A stretch of DNA of 64,000 nt from Eledone cirrhosa (taxonomy: Eukaryota). Both the position numbers and the translations under genes were made by a program. Each line of letters begins with the position of its first letter. Position 1 is the first letter of the stretch. The notes beneath the pieces were generated by a model. That model saw only the letters and a program-made list of their open reading frames with translations. It was not told where the DNA came from and did no database searches. Shown piece after piece: positions 63,301 through 64,000 of the stretch. The stretch spans positions 354,640,001 through 354,704,000 of the forward strand of contig OZ024743.1 in NCBI GenBank assembly GCA_964016885.1. Direction: 5' to 3'.

Positions 63301-64000
63301 TGGTTGTTGTTGGTGGTAGAGATTGAGGTTTTTGTGATTCTGGTAATCGTGATGCTGATGATTGTCCTCATGTTGGTTGTTGTTGGTGGTAGAGATTGAG
63401 GTTTTTGTGATTCTGGTAATGGTGATGCTGATGATTGTACTGATGCTGGTTGTTGTTGGTGGTAGAGATTGAGGATTTGTGATTCTGGTAATGGTGATGC
63501 TGATGATTGTCTTCATGCAGGTTGTTGTTGGTGGTAGAGATTGAGGTCTTTGTGATTCTGGTAATGGTGATGCTGATGATTCTCCTCATGCTGGTTGTTG
63601 TTGGTGGTAGAAATTGAGGTTTTTGTGTTTCTGGTAATGGTGATGCTGATGATAGTCTTCATGCTGGTTGTTGTTGGTGGTAGAGATTGAGGTTTTTGTG
63701 ATTCTTGTAATGGTGATGCTGATGATTGTGCTCATGGTGGTTGTTGTTGGTGGTAGAGATTGAGGTTTTTGTGATTCTGGTAGTGGTGATGCTGATGATT
63801 GTCCTCATGCTGGTTGTTGTTGGTGGTAGAGATTGAGGTTTTTGTGATTCTGGTAATGGTGATGCTGATGATTGTCCTCATGTTGGTTGTTGTTTGTGGT
63901 AGAGATTGAGGTCTTTGTGATTCTGGTAATGGTGATGCTGATGATTCTCCTCATGCTGGTTGTTGTTGGTGGTAGAGATTGAGGTTTTTGTGATCCTGGT

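Larger units (their letters stand above)
1..64000 (+). repeat. 73-bp tandem satellite DNA array, about 875 head-to-tail monomers, G/T-rich on + strand; extends beyond both window ends
   Basis: The consensus GGTAATGGTGATGCTGATGATTGTCCTCATGCTGGTTGTTGTTGGTGGTAGAGATTGAGGTTTTTGTGATTCT (73 nt) recurs from base 1 to base 64000. Most copies differ by 0-5 substitutions, and some are 72 or 74 bp long. ORF-track coordinates recur at multiples of about 73. Confidence 0.99.
44570..64000 (+). repeat. Large tandem duplication of a 144-monomer unit (10,515 bp). Copy 1 is about 44570-57350 (lengthened by the internal 2268-bp duplication); copy 2 runs from about 57350 to beyond the window end
   Basis: Offset 10515 holds for ORF pairs 46934/57449, 47519/58034, 48838/59353, 50517/61032, 51683/62198 and 52780/63295. 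Private variants GACGAT, GGCAGAG, GGTCAAG (49881/60396), GCTCATGA, GCAGAT, GGTTATTG and AATCGTG occur in both copies. The last ten bases (TGATCCTGGT) match 53476-53485. Confidence 0.93.

Noticed and set aside
100-63589. More than 100 minus-strand ORFs (66-167 aa) rich in T/I/S, H/N/Q and P/Q/S
   Set aside because: All are translations of the same 73-bp unit. They exceed the default 49 aa only where a 72/74-bp monomer or a substitution in the TGA skips the stop. They have no unique sequence, recognisable domain or gene context, and the unit length is not a multiple of 3.
1-64000. CRISPR array or other repeat-spacer/cassette system
   Set aside because: There are no unique spacers; the entire 73 bp is repeated with only point variants. 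There is no leader, cas gene or palindromic repeat.
1-64000. A single giant mucin- or adhesin-like gene, including under a TGA-recoding genetic code
   Set aside because: The frame shifts every monomer. Even with TGA as sense, common variants (GCTTATGG, TTTTATGA, ATTAAGG, GTTATT, TCTAG) introduce TAA/TAG on the minus strand. The plus strand has several stops per monomer.
1-64000. Canonical telomerase-type telomeric repeat, or trypanosome 70-bp VSG repeats
   Set aside because: There is no short TTAGGG/TTAGG-like unit, and 73 bp with heritable variant cassettes is not what telomerase synthesis produces. The trypanosome 70-bp repeats are AT-rich with TAA runs, unlike this unit.
1-64000. Absence of CpG and abundance of TG as evidence of methylation-driven decay
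   Set aside because: Only about 2 CpG per monomer are expected from composition. TG (16 per monomer) versus CA (1) is strand-asymmetric, whereas CpG deamination would produce both. CpG-creating variants (GCGGAT, GCGATT) persist in multiple copies.
1-64000. Pure sequencing artefact (rolling-circle concatemer or collapsed repeat)
   Set aside because: Variants are linked, ordered and hierarchically shared between distant blocks, which random error on one template would not produce. Individual near-identical duplications still need read support.

Overview
The whole 64 kb window is one uninterrupted head-to-tail satellite array of a 73-bp monomer (about 875 copies). All copies point the same way, and I saw no unique sequence, inversion or inserted element. 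The + strand consensus is GGTAATGGTGATGCTGATGATTGTCCTCATGCTGGTTGTTGTTGGTGGTAGAGATTGAGGTTTTTGTGATTCT (31 T, 25 G, 11 A, 6 C, so 77% G+T, about 42% GC, no CpG). No protein-coding gene, RNA gene, CRISPR array or mobile element is supported; the ORF track is a by-product of the repeat. The informative structure is in the variants. (i) The monomer is 24 triplets, 22 of them NNT, plus one extra base. (ii) The minus strand has a single stop per monomer (TGA), overlapping its single ATG (ATGA). (iii) Linked 72-bp and 74-bp monomer haplotypes recur. (iv) Nested in-register duplications of about 2 to 144 monomers can be partly ordered in time. (v) Variant repertoires switch at about 33-34 kb. (vi) A diverged, GATC-rich island at about 53.5-57.4 kb is predicted to recur just past the window end. 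An array like this most likely comes from eukaryotic heterochromatin (centromeric, pericentromeric or subtelomeric), but I cannot name the organism or satellite family. I found no new gene system here; the functional ideas below are speculative. Duplication boundaries were set by eye and are accurate to about one monomer.
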